Shown here: piece after piece, positions 62,260 through 64,000 of the stretch | How the letters are laid out: each line of letters opens with the position of its first letter | Position numbering within the stretch: the stretch's first letter is position 1 | NCBI RefSeq assembly: GCF_009914755.1 | Contig: NC_060941.1 | DNA from: the human T2T-CHM13v2.0 reference genome, Homo sapiens | DNA length: 64,000 nt | Strand: one strand, 5' to 3' | Program-made: the position numbers and the translations under genes | Notes under the pieces: generated by a model | Seen by the model: only the letters and a program-made list of their open reading frames with translations | Told to the model about the DNA's origin: nothing | Database searches by the model: none

Positions 62260-62900
62260 CCCTGAGATCCAGCCTCTGGCTGCTCGCCCGGGGTGGGCCC
62301 GTCACTCCGAGCGCGATGGCGCGGGGCGGAGGGAGCCGGAGCCTGGCCTAGGGCTGGAACTCCCGGGTCCGCGCGAGGTACGGGGACGGGGACAGCCAGA
62401 TCCCCAGGCCCGAGGTTCCCCGTCCCACGCACACTCCTTCCCCCTTACCCGACCTCTCCGGGCGGTGCGGGGAGGGGAAGGGTGAGGAAGGGCTGGGCCC
62501 GGCTTTCTCTCTGCTTCCCAGGCGGGCGGGGGCCCCGAAGGGGAGCGAGGGCAGCGATGGAGCCCAACTTGGACGGGCTCTCTCGGTAAACAGAGATCAC
62601 CACAGGGGCCTGAGCCACCTGGGACGCGGGGTGTACGGAGGGCGGGGGCGAGCTGAAACAGCCAATCCGGCAAGCCGCGCGTGAGGCCAGACGCCAGTCC
62701 CACGGGGATTGAATTATGTACACACACAACCCCCAGGCCCGGGGGAGGGGGGAGCGGCGAGAAATGAATGCCGAGGGGCCCTGCCCTACTCACACGCATG
62801 CACCTGCCGCCTGCTGCGCGCAGGGGAGACACGTGGATTGCAAACCCCAGCGAGCCCAGGGTCCACCGCCAACGCGTGGAAATAGGGATGGTCCCCAAAA
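60700..62900. promoter_or_regulatory. SLC16A11: CpG island covering the SLC16A11 promoter and most of its gene body
   Basis: High CpG density through the coding exons; GC box ~62640 and CCAAT ~62662. Confidence 0.75.
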
Positions 62901-63493
62901 CCTGAGGGGATGAGTAGTTTTGTTCTCAGGAACGTTGCCGAGGACCAGGTAAATCTCGGATATCAATCAGATCACAGACCTCCACCAAGTGCCAGCTCTG
63001 TGCTTAGAATAACAGACCCCCAGGCCGGGCGCGGTGCAAGCCTGTAATCCCAGCACTTTGGGAGGCCGATGTGGGTGAATCACCTGACGTCAGGAGTTCG
63101 AGGCCAGCCTGACCAACATGGCGAAACACCATATCTACTAAAAATACAAAAAAAATTAGCCGGGTGTGGTGGCGGGCGCCTGTAGTCCCAGCTACTTGGG
63201 AGGCTGAGGCGGGGAATCGCTTGAACCCGGGAGGCAGAAGTTGCAGTGAGCCAAGATCATGCCACTGCACTCCAGCCTGGGTGACAGAGAAAGACTCTGT
63301 CTCAAAAATAAATAAATAAACAAAAATAAAATAAATAAAATAAAATAACAGGTCCTCAAGGACAGAGGGATGAAACACGACTCCCTCAATGTGAAGACCT
63401 GCAGTGTACCAGGCACCGTTTACACATGCTATCACTTCATCTTATGATAACCCTATGAAGAAGGTGTCGCTTTTCTTTTTTTTTTTTTTTTAG

Positions 63494-63804
<311 letters not shown>

Positions 63805-64000
63805 TGAAGCTCTCAGGGAAAAAATGGTATGGATATTTGAATTTAGGTCTGTCCAACTGTGGACCTACAAGGAGAACAATCCCAGGACTGAAACAAAATC
63901 TGGCACAGTTAAGGGAAAGATCCTGGATACAGCTTGAAGCAAACTGCCCTGGAAAGGGTGGAACCATTGCAGGGACAGAAAACTTATGAGTCTAAAATAA

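Overview
Human genomic DNA (primate Alu-rich), recognisable as the 17p13.1 segment ALOX12(+) - RNASEK(+) - C17orf49/BAP18(+) - MIR195/MIR497 cluster(-) - BCL6B(+) - SLC16A13(+) - SLC16A11(-). I spliced all six protein genes by hand at GT-AG junctions into intact ORFs (663, 98/137, 172/192, 479, 426 and 471/447 aa). The rest is about 45 Alus, Tigger/Charlie DNA-transposon fossils, LTR/MaLR elements, a truncated 5S rRNA pseudogene and simple repeats. Most entries in the ORF track are Alu-derived or GC-rich noise. This is a well-studied locus and I cannot support a new gene or a wholly new biological system. The best second-look items are: (1) a ~400-bp almost pure-AT palindromic insert bracketed by copies of its own flank in ALOX12 intron 8; (2) the ALOX12 poly(A) signal lying inside a MER58B transposon with a perfect 8-bp TSD; (3) an 8mer site for the neighbouring miR-195/497 in the ALOX12 3'UTR; (4) a 'mirror' miR-195 hairpin carrying the same AGCAGCA seed ~110 nt past the C17orf49 poly(A) signal; (5) two perfect CLEAR motifs 22 bp apart in the RNASEK promoter. 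Repeat family names come from remembered consensus sequences, and repeat boundaries are approximate.
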